Notes under the pieces: generated by a model
What the model was told of the DNA's origin: nothing
Seen by the model: the letters and a program-made list of their open reading frames with translations, nothing else
Databases searched by the model: none
Part shown: piece by piece, positions 11,201 to 23,319 of the stretch
Layout: each line of letters begins with the position of its first letter
How positions within the stretch are numbered: the first letter of the stretch is position 1
Source: Octopus vulgaris
Lineage: Eukaryota
DNA length: 64,000 bases
NCBI GenBank assembly: GCA_951406725.2
Contig: OX597814.1
Span: forward strand, 90,582,001-90,646,000
Reading direction: 5' to 3'
Program-made: the position numbers and the translations under genes

Positions 11201-13334
11201 TTACATAAGGAAAATGCAAGGAAGAATTTGGGAGTTATTTTGATTTAGGCGCCATCGCGTTGTATATTAATAGGGTTTCTGAAATCTTGCATATACCTAT
11301 TTGGGTTCCTTCTTGTCGGCGGATCAACGAACCTGCAAAATAGTTGCTGTTGTGTAATAGTGCATTCGTCGGTTATGCCACGAAACATAGCTATTGAGCT
11401 CGTTTGATATGGTGGACAGAAATTAATAGTCGTAGTAGAGGTAGTAGTTGTTGTAGCATGAAGAGAGAAGGAGACTGGTAAATGAGTAAGATATTTTGAG
11501 CAAACAATTATGGGGTATGAAATGAGATTATGTAAATCTATTTTTTCTGTTCTGACAAATACATCTATGATAGTTTATACGTTTTTTCTTAGCGTTCATT
11601 AGAGCATAGATTTAAATACAGATGTTGAAAGCTGGATTTCTATTTGAATACAAGTCTCATTCAGTGGTTTGTGTTGGAAGATTTGTTGAATCTTGTTTGC
11701 TACATTTTGTGCTGGAATTTAATCTCTCATTGTAATATACAATACGATGGCGCCTACATTGTAACTATTAGTTCCTTGAAGCATATATGGAAGTATAGAT
11801 GCAATATGGTCGATTCGTATAATAGATTAAATCCAGTTGTTTATGCTAAACGGGTCCCTTTAAACATAACTTTAACTGAATCAGAACTTAGGATCTTAAG
11901 TATTGGCTTCGTAAATAATATTGAGGTTGATATAGTGTCTCTACTGACGTCTGGTTATAACTTGTCTATTGCTGTCAATCTTATCAACGGAAACGGTAGT
12001 TTTTGTACAATGACTAAAATTATTATAAGAATATAGGTGAGCGCACACACACACACACACATACAAACACACACACACATACACACACACACACATACAT
12101 ATATACACCTATGTGTATGCACACGCGTGTGTATGCATGTATACATCCATCCCATCTATCCATCCATTCAAACGTGTATGTGTTTGTGTAAACTTTAAAT
12201 AAATGAATAAATAAATAAATAAATAAATATATAAATCTCTCTTAGAAAATTAGTTTCGTTTGTTTCTTTCACAGAATTTTTTCAGAGACTTTGACACAAA
12301 TTTTGTGTGGAAGAAGGAAATGGAATTAATTTTGAAAGAATCATTGTTTTGTATATATACTCTCTGACACTCATATTCACGAACACACAAACATACTCTC
12401 TCCCTCTCTCTCTCTCTCTCACACATACACACAGAGGAATATAATTGCAGGGAAGATGAGATGTGAATTAACAGAGAGAAATGAGGAAAATATATTAGGA
12501 CATGAAGAAGAATGATTTACTAAACACCATACGAGATTAATTGTATTTTTCTTTAAATTATCTTTCATTCAAAAGAATGTCCACGAATTCCAAGTGACAG
12601 TTGCGGCCTACCTTGAATGACAAGCACTGATAGTATCAAGGTTGCATCAATTTTTCAGTATTTTAAAGCCATTACAGAAAAGAGAGTCTATGTTATTTCT
12701 TTTTCCTTGGATAGAAGAGGCAAGTTGAGAAAACGTGTTTCTGCATTAATTCAAAGCACCATTAGAGCGGCAATTCTCTGACCTTATTTTAGCAGTAACC
12801 AAACAAAACACATGAACATACACAAAGAAAGTGGAAATCGTTTATGGCCTGGGTATCTAATTATCTGCGTGTGAGTAAGTGTGTTCTAGTTTTATCTTTG
12901 TTATCACGTACATTTTTGTTCCAATTTGAATATAGGTTTCCCTTATTTTGTTTGGAAGCCTACAATTTCCAACTCCATTGTCAATATTTCCAGGACTCCC
13001 ATTCTTCTTTTCAACACGAAGTAATGATATTATGTGTTCGAGACCTAACCAACTCGTCCTTTTGTTTTGTCATGATACAGCTTATGTAAAATGGCTTCAG
13101 AGATTGTGTTTTTTTTAGATCGTATATAGTGGTTTTAGGCTTGTATGCTCTCGTGAGTAAACGCAAATGTCTATTCATTGACCTGTTAAATGCCAACTAT
13201 TCTAATCTATTGTGTTCATACTCCTGTTTTTGTAGTTGTTATGATAAAAAAAAGAAGCGAGATTAGTGACCCAGCTATTAATAATATTACAATTTGCCAC
13301 ATTCTAGAGACTTCCAGTGAATGTTGATTTCGAT

Positions 13335-14235
13335 GGTGACGGCAAGCTGGCAGAATCGTTTGCACGCTGAACAAAATGCTTAGCTGAATTCCATCCACTT
13401 TAAACATGATAAGTTCAAATTCCTCCGGGTCAACTTTACCTTTCATTCTTTCCGGATTGATAAATTAAATACCAGTTGATAAGTAGGATCGATGAATTCG
13501 ACTATCCTCCCTCCCACGAATTTGTTGGTCCTATGCCAAAATTTGAAACCAATATTTATTTCGATGGTATATTTACATTTCAATACGCTATCACCCTGTA
13601 TAATTATGTCGACTACACTGGCACAGTAACAGCTTGAATACGTACATTAAAGATACTATTAATTCCAGTAAAGCGGCTAGCTGGCAAACTACTTACGATA
13701 TTTCGTCTATCTTTATGTTCTTAGTTCAAATTCTGCCGAGGTCGACTTTGCCTTTCTTTCCGGGTCCATAAAATACGTACCAGTTCATCACTGGAATCGA
13801 TGAAATCGACTTAATCCATCACCCGAATATACTGGACTTGAGCCAAAATTTGAAATCAATATTATTAATTTCAGTTTTGTCAGACGGCCTGAAAATTTGA
13901 GAGAGGAAATTAGTCAAGTACACCAACCCCAGTGATCAGCTGGTAATTATTTTATTCATTCCGGAAGGATGAAATGCAAAGTCGACCTCTGAGGTTATTA
14001 AAATCAGAAGGTAAAGCCGGAAAATATATCGCTATGCATTTTCTCCGATGTGCTAACAATTCTACCGCCTACTACAACTAATGAATTCAAATTTTGGCAC
14101 AAGGCCAACGATTTTAAGGAGAGTGGGTTAGTCGATTACTTCGAACTCATTACGTCAATAATATCTTATTTTACCGAACTCGTAAGAATGAAAGCCACAT
14201 TTGACATCCACGGGATTCGTGTTGGAGAATGCCGC
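13335..14235. mobile_element. Cluster of four SINE family A copies (13335-13555 +, 13672-13860 +, ~13865-14070 -, ~14085-14235 -)
   Basis: Shared head and core motifs in both orientations. Confidence 0.7.
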
Positions 14236-14317
14236 TAATACTCTAGAAAAACCCAATTTGAATTTCCTAAACCAGACAAGTCGATAAATCCATATATTCA
14301 ATGCATGAACTCACTCA

Positions 14318-14773
14318 TTCTTTTACTTGTTTCAGTCATTTGAAGACCAGTACCAGCGTCGAAGAAGAGTAGATGGACAACGAATGGGAAACAGCTAGGA
14401 AGTGAAGAGAGAAAAAAGCACACCCTGTAAAGGACAACCCCCATCCCACACCCACCCAGCTCCTACCCACATCCACTTTACCCCAACCACGCCCTACAGA
14501 CACCAACCCTCTCTATACTTAGCCTGACATAAACAAATCGACCCTAAGACTTATTCTTTGTAAGCCTAGTACTTATTGTATCGGTCTCTTTTACCGAACC
14601 GCTAGTAACGGGGACGTAATCACACTAACGCCATTTGTCAAGCGATAGTGGGAGGGCAAACACAGATACACAAATATATACATGTATATATACGACGGTT
14701 TCTTTCAGTTTCCGTCTACCAAATCCACTCACAAGGCTTTGGTCGGCCTAAGGTTATAATACAAGACCCTTGC
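14318..14773 (-). mobile_element. SINE family B 3' part (host of the tandem ORF1-only elements; its 5' end lies at 18067-18106)
   Basis: Colinear with 7691-8000. Breaks at ...AAGACCCTTGCC (14774). Interrupted at 14343-14535 by an inverted fragment. Confidence 0.8.
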
Positions 14774-16461
14774 CTTACATAGAGGGGTCAGTACAAGATG
14801 GGGAGAAAAAGAAACTACAAAACGAATGAAAAGAATGAATTAATATCGTGAAAGATGAAATGAAGCCGTTCGGCCCCACCCACCAGGCGACTTCATTGAA
14901 CCTGTAAATATAAAAAATTTTAAACAATAGTTTATTACACAAATATTAGTGACAGCTAATTATCATTCATCCGAAGATATTTACATCATGCTTATATGAA
15001 ATATCATAAACACTTTCTTTTTTAGGTGGTGAGCTGGTGTCCAGTTTCTTGACCCAGCACTCATAGTCACGATTTTCCTCAAAGTCCTTTAATCTCGATG
15101 TGTATGCTGGGTCTGCCGCTACGCAAATAAGGTACACGGGTATCCCTTTTACTCCTGATACATCCACCTTTATGATTCTCTCCCACTAGTCTATTTGATT
15201 ATACACTTCTTCATTTAGACCACTGTACACTATAACACATTTTCCCCGGGCGAGGTTGGGGAAATTAGAGGCTCTTGTGTGTTTATGCTTGTGTTTATGT
15301 CAGGCTGAGTATAGAGAGGGCTGGTGTCTGTAGGGCGTGGTTGGGGTAAAGTGGATGTGGGTAGGAGCTGGGTGGGTGTGGGATGGGGGTTGTCCTTTAC
15401 AGGGTGTGCCTTTTTTCTCTCTTCACTTCCTAGCTGTTTCCCATTCGTTGTCCATCTACTCTTCTTCGACGCTAGTACTGGTCTTTATCTGCGGTGCAAC
15501 TTCACTCTCCTTTTCTTCAACCTCCACAAGTAGTGACGCACCAGCTACATTCTCATTCTCTTGTCTCTCTTCATCCTTCTCAAGTTGTGGAGGGCAATCC
15601 GTTGTAATGTGGCCTTTTAGGCCACACTTATAGCACCGCGGAATCCTCCCTTCCACTCTGACTTTCAATGTTGCCTCTCCGAATGTGATGGTCTCAACCA
15701 TCTTTTCAATATCTTGTTCGGCAACGTGCAGCACCATATCAAGGCTTTGTTCTTGCCAGTTCCTGTGGGGTGTTCTGGTGGCTTGGAGGACCACCACCGT
15801 CTCCTCCATGCCTAGCAGTAAGGCAGCTACCAGCCAGGCTACATTCACTTCAGGGGCTATTTCTTCTACCGTAACCCTGGAAGCACGTCTCCCAAGGTAT
15901 TCGGGTAGCAGAACCACTTCATCAGTTCTCAGCGGTGTTGCTGAGTGCAACCTAGTGATAGCTACCTCCCAAAACCGCACACCACTGTTTCAAAGTTTTT
16001 ACCTCTAGTGAGGTAGGTAATATCCCTGCGAGATTGGTTTGAGCGCCTTTTCCACTTGAGCCGTTGGCATAACTTCAATTTTCCTGGCTGCTATCGAGTT
16101 TGTTCTATAAATTACAATTTTCTCATTTATCTCCTTCTAGACTTCTTTGGGGTAGAACTTTCACGTTGTTCCCCCTTTTTTAAGTGTTTCCTTGAACGTG
16201 CTCAGCTCCTCCGGGTTTATTTCTTCAACTTTTTCTTCTCTCGCCGCCGCTGCCTAATTCTTCATCTCTATTTCCTTGTCCATCTTGTTCAAGCACTCAA
16301 ACAATTTCTCCACAAACGAATCATATTCTAAGGAAGGACGCCCCTCCATCACAAGAGGAAAAACGTCGCACAGCCAAAAACACACGCACAATCAAAAAAC
16401 ACGCACAGCTAAAAAGAATAATACGCCCCTCTCGTACACTCCAAATGAATCCTGGGAAACC
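14773..16461 (-). mobile_element. ORF1-only (HAL1-like) non-autonomous retroelement, copy A
   Basis: Broken ORF from ATG 16349 (MEG...) to stop at 14967, with CCHC knuckle CYKCGLKGHITTDC (15594-15635). No RT or endonuclease. Shares 5' start and 3' UTR motifs with copy B. Confidence 0.75.
14967..16349 (-). pseudogene. LINE ORF1/gag-like protein (basic N-terminus, RRM-like middle, single CX2CX4HX4C knuckle, low-complexity linker, conserved C-terminal domain)
   Basis: ORF pieces 15456-15980 and 14967-15167. Similar to copy B: LHSAT.L.T.EVVLLP..LGRRASRV.VE...PEVNVAWLV.A.LLGMEE. Confidence 0.78.
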
Positions 16462-16475
16462 GGAAGCAAGCTTCT

Positions 16476-18066
16476 CTATTTCATGAAATTGGTCATGAAA
16501 ACCTTACATAGAGGAAACAGCACAAGGTTGGGACAAAAAATACAAAACGAATGTAATGAATCAATTTAAGTGTAATGAAAGATGAAATGAAGCCGTTCGG
16601 TCCCACCATTCAGTCCCACTTCACTGAATGTGTTAATGCAACCATTTTCTCTCTTTTTTAAAAACAAAAGACATTAATTTACATTAATATTCAAAGTACT
16701 TTTGTCACTGCTAGTTTCCACTTCTTTGGGAAACGTCTATCTCAAGTTCCTTTAAAGTATATGCATAACTTACCCTTTTCGGTATTTTTCTGGTGTCCAT
16801 TTTCGTAAACTACCAGTCAAAATCAATTTCTTCCTCGTAATTCGTTAATCTCGAGAGGTATTCCGGGTCCGCTACTGCACAGCAAACGTCCTCGGGTAAC
16901 TCCCCTACTCTTGTTACTTACTCTTCTATTGCTTTGTCCCATGTCTTTATCTCGTTGCAAAGTTCTCCTTTTTCCTGTTATCGAAATGCTGGCGTCGGGA
17001 AATTTGAGGCTCCTGTGTGTTTTCGCTTTTGTTTATGTCATAGGGAGGGACGGTGCATATAGGGAGTGGTTGGGTAGAGTGAGTGTGGGTGGGAGCCGGG
17101 TGGATGCGGGTTTGGGTTCGTCTTTTACCACGTGTCTGCTTTCTCCACTTCCTTCTCTTTTTTTCTGCCGTTTCCAAACTTGTATTCAACTCCTCTTCCT
17201 CAACGCTGGTAAATGTTCTCGTCTGTAGTGCCATTTCAGTCTCACGCTTCTCCTCAGCCTCCACGGGCAGTGGAGTGTCAACTACTTTCTCAGGGACTTG
17301 CCTTTCCTTAGCCTTCACAGATTATTAAGGACAATTCACTCTAATATGACGTTTCAGGCCACATTTATAGCACCGCGGAATCCTCCCTTCCACTCTGACA
17401 TTCAGCGTCACTTCTGCGACCGTGATTTTTTCAACCATACTTTCAATATCTTCTGGGTTAATCTGTACCACCATATCCAGACCCTATCCTAGCCAGTTTC
17501 TGTAGGGTGTCCTTGTGACCTACAGTAGCACCAACCTTTCTTCCATGCCCAGCAGTATGGCAACCACCAGCCAGGCTACATTCACTTCTGGTGGTCTATT
17601 TTCTACCCGAACCCTGGAAGCACGTCTCCCAAGGAATATGGGTAGAAGTACTACTTCCTCGGTGTTTAATGATGTGGCTGAGTGCAATCTGGCGGAAGCT
17701 CTCTCACGAAACTGCACTTCCACCGTTCCGTACATTCTTCCCCTGTCAAGGTAGGATATCTCTTGCCAGACTGGCCTCAATACCTTTTCGACTTGTGCCT
17801 CCGACACCACTTATATCTTCAATTTTTCTCTTTGCCGCTTCATCGTAATTCCTTGTTTCTATTGCTGCGCCAATCTTGTTCAAACATTTCACTATTTCTT
17901 CCTCAGACGACACAAATTCTGAAGAAGAAGAATTTAAATCCTTACAACTCATCACACGACCCCCCTCCATTAAACAAAAGGGAAAACATTGTACTACCTA
18001 GACAACCAAAAAACGCACGTGTGTTATTCACAAAGACAGTAGTCGAACTAAACAAAACGCTATACC
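16476..18066 (-). mobile_element. ORF1-only (HAL1-like) non-autonomous retroelement, copy B
   Basis: Broken ORF from ATG 17970 (MEG...) to ~16711, with knuckle CYKCGLKRHIRVNC (17331-17372). Flanked by GGAAGCAA[G/A]CTTCT at 16462-16475 and 18067-18080. Confidence 0.75.
16711..17970 (-). pseudogene. LINE ORF1/gag-like protein, copy B
   Basis: ORF pieces 17746-17970, 17520-17810 and 16947-17318. C-terminus reads ADPEYLSRLTNYEEEIDFDW*FTKMDT, versus ADPAYTSRLKDFEENRDYECWVKKLDT in copy A. Confidence 0.78.
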
Positions 18067-18106
18067 GGAAGCAAACTTCTTACCACGCAGTCACTCCTGC
18101 ACCTAT
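18067..18106 (-). mobile_element. 5' end (A-box region) of the interrupted SINE family B
   Basis: Reverse complement ATAGGTGCAGGAGTGACTGCGTGGTAAGAAGTTTGCTTCC matches the intact head at 35516-35554. Confidence 0.75.
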
Positions 18107-18624
18107 GTACTTATGTACTAAAATGCGTAAACAGATACGTGTATACTAATGTGAAACGAATATCCACAACACAAATACAAGTTATCTAAGAGAACAAACA
18201 TGCACATATCAACCAATTCAGACGAATGCAAACCCTCAACACCTGTCATAAATGAAACAAGAAAGCCTTCCTACTTGATTTGTGGCCAGCTTGAATTCTC
18301 TAAATAATAATAATAAACCTGTGTAAATCCTAAAACAAATACATACATATATACATTGCGTATTTACAGGTTGGGCAAAAATTACTTAATATGAGTGGAG
18401 TGTTCTTTTCTCTGAACTTAGGAGTAATTATTTTATTATAAAAAAAATTAGTTAACAAGAACACAGAATTATAGAAATCTTATTCTAAGAAAGAAATAGA
18501 CAAATAGAAAAACATTCCACTGATAATAAGTTACTGTGTACCTACATTTGGCTTCCCCTGTGTGTGTTTGTGTGTAGGGGGTGGGTTACTGTGCCTGTTT
18601 ATGCTATTAGTTTCTAAATATCAG

Positions 18625-18825
18625 TTTCAAATTTTGGCAAGACGTTAGCATTTCCAGGCAGGAGGTAAGTCGACTACATCGACCCCAGTGCTCAACTGCT
18701 ACTTATTTCATCGACCCCGAAAGTTGAAGCCGACCTCGGAACGTAGAGAACTCCGAACGTAAAGACGGAAGAAATTCCGCTAAGCGTTTTGCCCGGTGTG
18801 CTAATGAGTCTGCCAACTCGTTGCT
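18625..18825 (-). mobile_element. SINE family A
   Basis: gtcgactacatcgaccccagtgctcaactg...tgctaatgagtctgccaactcg. Confidence 0.75.
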
Positions 18826-19267
18826 CACAGTTCCTAAAGATTAAATTATAAATGCTATTTTGGTAAACGATCTTGCGCTATAGATATTTAGGTAAATTAT
18901 CGAAGCATATACCATTTCATCCTCTATTTTACTGTTTTAATTGGATCGCAGACATGGTAAGGTACATCTTACAATTGTACTGTTGATTGTGTGGATGCCT
19001 CCTGCTTGACTGACATTCATTTTATCGACTGTTGAAGAGTAAAAGAAAATGTCGACATGGGTTGGACGTTATTAAATACCACACGGTAGCTTTCCATACC
19101 CTACTGATTCTTTCATCAACTCTCCTTCCATAATAGCTCTACGAAAATGAATGCTAATACAACGCGTGTGACGTTGCTTGTGTTTGGCAAGTGTGAAAGT
19201 ATATGTTTATTTATAATACATGCTTTTATATGATTTCCTTTGCAAACAAATTGTTATTGCATTTACG

Positions 19268-19425
19268 AAGGCGGCAAACTGGCATAAATATTTACAGCAT
19301 TGGATAGAATGCTTGCTGGTATCAATATTGGCTTTATGCACTCTGAGTTCAAATTACACTGAAGGCAATTTTAGCCTTCATCATTTTGGGAGTAATAAAT
19401 AAAGTACGTGTCTATTGTGGGGTTG
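19268..19425 (+). mobile_element. SINE family A, diverged
   Basis: aaggcggcaaactggc...ctgagttcaaatt...ccttcatc. Confidence 0.6.
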
Positions 19426-19981
19426 AGCCATTTCTCTCTCACCCTCTCCCATACATCTCTATCTCTCTCCTCCCTCTCGCTCTCTCTTTATATATATAGT
19501 GAACTGGTAATTCATATGTCTCTGTAAGTCACCTTGCGTCACATCAATTCTCCGTTAAGGTAACACGTGGTCTGTGAAATACGTAGCTGTTGACAAATTA
19601 CTTTAACAAATAAGAATCTAGTTCATCGAATAACTAAATGTTCATCGTTGACACCGACGGAGAATCCGCCAATCTGATAATACGTTCACTTAGTCACTTG
19701 GCAAATGATGCAAATATCATTATTATTAATGGTGGAGGGAGTTTGTAATCGACGAAGCTGCGATATTATATCATTTTACGCACTTCCGCGTTGTGTCTGC
19801 TGCTGCTGTAATTGACAAGACAAATATCAGAATCACTAGAAAGTAGGTTAAGTGGCAGACATATATCGTGTTAGTAAGATGTTCGCAAACCAGATTTGCG
19901 AGTCACTTTCGATTTCCAGTTAGAATCGCTACACTGCAAGATATTTTTTATTTCCTTTGAGGAATTTTACAATTTAAAATT

Positions 19982-20219
<238 letters not shown>

Positions 20220-21637
20220 TTAGACAATTTGTTAGTAATTTTTATAATTTACCTGAAGATGAAAGCGGTATTTAAATCGGCAGTATTAATAGATTATTGC
20301 ATGTCATTCGGTAAAGCAGAAATACATATTTTATTAGTTAATTCAGTTGTAGGACTTTATATTAATATACTTGGTATCAGAACACAACAAGTATTCTGAT
20401 ATGTGATTCTTACTAGCTGTTGAACACAATAAAAAAAATCTAGAAGAAATGGTTTAAGGTTCTTGTGGAAACATTCGCTTTGGCGTTGTACAGTAATTTT
20501 GCAAATTATCTTCATTAATCGAAATCTCTGTATAAATATCTGTTCTACCTTTAGATGGGACAATACGGCTCGTAATGGAGAGCGCCTTTATTCATTTGAA
20601 GAAAATATGGAAGCGACGATCCTCATTCTCCTCCTCCTCCTCCATCATCATTGTGTTCTTATTGTTTTATAACTGAACCCGTCTGAGAATCTTTTATTAT
20701 ATAGTTCCGTTTCGTAACAGACTGTGTTTACGTACAGTTTTGTTCCTTTTGTATTATACCGCCAAGGTCATGAATTGAGATTTAAGGGCGATGTACTAAG
20801 AAAAAAGATTTACGCAATTTTCCTTAAACCAAAATTATACCAGGATACGTCCTTACACAATTTGAAATTCTTAAGTGTTGGGTGGCAGAAAAGTCTGATC
20901 TTTTGTCTTTGGCTGCCAATTTTCAATCTCTTCATTTACTATGCTAATTGATTTCTTATTCAGTGTAATGTTAGGGGTTTATATGCTAATCACTGCCTTG
21001 TATTCGTTTTCGCAATAAATTTATATATAGAGAGTTATTAGCTATTAAAGTTGAAAATTTGGGGTAATTTTAGCCAATCGTAAGCCATAGACACATTCAT
21101 ACTTGTTTCCATAGTAATAAACCAAGCATGAGAACTCTTTTGTCTGCGAGAAAGCACGTGTTGACAAATATATTCTACTCACTGAGGTGATTGTCAGACG
21201 TGCTAAAAGTAGCAGCTAGATAGGCCTTAAATCACGCACCAAAAAATAATTTGTTTATTTTTGGATAATTGTATGAATTCCCACGTATAGAATACAAATT
21301 CGTAAAATTTTTCTAAAAATTCCAAAAAATTACGAGGTGTTATATGGCGTGTCAAAGCAGAATTTCATTTGTTCACAGTTGACAACACATGCTGTCACGA
21401 GCAAATGACAGCTTTCAAATCTTATTTACACATGTGTGAAAAGGATCAAACTTTAAACCTCTTTAAATTTTTCAAAAGACTTTTCTGGTAAAAGTGAAAT
21501 ATCTGCAAAAAATTCAGCTTCAAAAACTATATTAATGTACCAAATTCTAAAATTTTCGATAAACTTTGAAGTTTCGATTATTAGCAGCGAAACTGAACAG
21601 ATCAGAAAAGCCTGTTGCCAGACATAATGACTCGTAA

Positions 21638-22157
21638 TACTTAGTTAAATACCTATTTCTTTACTACCCACAGGAATCTAAACACAGAGGGGACAAACAA
21701 GGACAGACAAACGGATTAAGTCGATTATATCGATCCTAGTGCGTAACTGGTACTTAATTTATCGACCCCTAAAGGATGAAAAACAAAGTCGACCTCGGCG
21801 GAATTTGAACTCAGAGCGCAGCGGCGGACGAAATACCGCAAAGCACTTCGCCTGGCGTACTAACGTTTCTGCCAGCTCGCCGCCTTTTTTACTTAGTTAA
21901 ATACCTATTGCTTTATTACCCACAAGGGGCTAAACACAGAGGGGACAAACAAGGACAGACATAGGTATTAAGTCGATTACATCGACCCCAGTGCGTAACT
22001 GGTACTTAATTTATCGACCCCTAAAGGATGAAAAACAAAGTCGACCTCGGCGGAATTTGAACTCAGAACGCAGCGGCGGACGAAATACCGCAAAGCACTT
22101 CGCCTGGCTTGCTAACGTTTCTGCCAGCTCGCCGCCTTTTTTACTTAGTTAAATACC
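21638..22157 (-). mobile_element. Tandem pair of young full-length SINE family A copies separated and flanked by a 16-bp TSD
   Basis: TACTTAGTTAAATACC at 21638, 21890 and 22142. Units are ~252 bp. Confidence 0.9.
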
Positions 22158-23319
22158 TTTACGTTCTGAATACTAGCAAAGATTTGAACTTTATCAGTCA
22201 TATATTTGGTACAGATTAAATATACGTTTATATTCTAATAATTTATTTCGTGAGACTAGAGTTTTGCATACAACACAAGGATTTCAATGATAATTTAGGG
22301 AAGGGTACCAATTCCTTACAGATTTGGGACTTTGTTGAAAAATTATAAATAGTGCATCCTATCTTTTGAGAGGGTAATGTTTTTTTAAGATACATCGGTT
22401 TTGCTTTCTGAGGGGTTCGGTTTATTGTTTCTAGTATCATTTTTAGTATTTCATTTGTGAGTTATTTAGAATCTGTACTTGCAACTGTGTTGTATTATTG
22501 GATGATGAGAAAGAGAATGACACTTATGAAAACAATTAACTGCCTCTCTTCAGAAAATAACAAAAGCAAAACAATGATATCACTCCAGGGTACTCCTATC
22601 ACAACCCAATCTCAGAACAACAACTATTCCTCCTTAAATTTATGATCAAAATAGTGAAATGAAATTTACAACCCTCTCTTTGAAACATTAAAACGTAAGT
22701 AGTGCAGCAGGCAATATCTGACAAAGAAATGAACAAATAGATAAGAGGATGGAAACAATAAAAATATGTCAATGAAAATATTAATAAAAATAGCATATTT
22801 TTTATCGTTAGATATTTCAAAATCTGCACCTTAAAAATGCAAGTTGTTTCTTAGAGCAGCACACGCAGAAACTGTTTATGCACGCATTTGGTTGTATGAA
22901 AGAGCAGTATGAGCAATGGTGGATGAGTAGAGAAATGTGCTTGAACTTAACCATACATATGGATTTTCATTGGTGTGTGGTGTGTGAGAAACTACCCACA
23001 TATTTGTACATAGATTTTAAGTGTCATATGAACGATGGAGTTTTTAGGTGTTTTATGAATTATGTCATGTAGTTTTGTGTCCTGCAGCAATTGTGCTTAA
23101 TGTGTAGTGTGTAGGCTGTGTTACATATTGGATGGAAATTCTCAATTTGTGTTGAGTTAGTTATTGATCGTGTGGGATATGCTAATATCTATTCAGTAAT
23201 CCTAATTGTTATTGCATGGTCTCACAACAGTACAGTGTGTAACTCTCTCTGTCTTGGATGTTTGCAGTATTCTACTTTTGTATATTGAACTAGATTCAGA
23301 ATATTTTGTGTAATACGAA

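Noticed and set aside
11644-12036. 130-aa plus-strand ORF
   Set aside because: Non-ATG start, no recognisable motif, and a length compatible with chance.
14855-14905. HDV-like ribozyme in the 3' UTR of the ORF1-only elements
   Set aside because: Pseudoknot-like pairing is possible, but the P3/L3 and P1.1 consensus is absent.
15456-17970. LTR retrotransposon gag or a host CCHC gene
   Set aside because: No LTRs, PBS/PPT, protease or introns. Multiple frameshifts and TSD-like junctions fit a non-LTR ORF1 derivative better.
21638-22157. CRISPR-like repeat-spacer pattern (3 x 16 bp)
   Set aside because: The 'spacers' are ~235-bp near-identical SINEs in a eukaryotic context with no cas genes.
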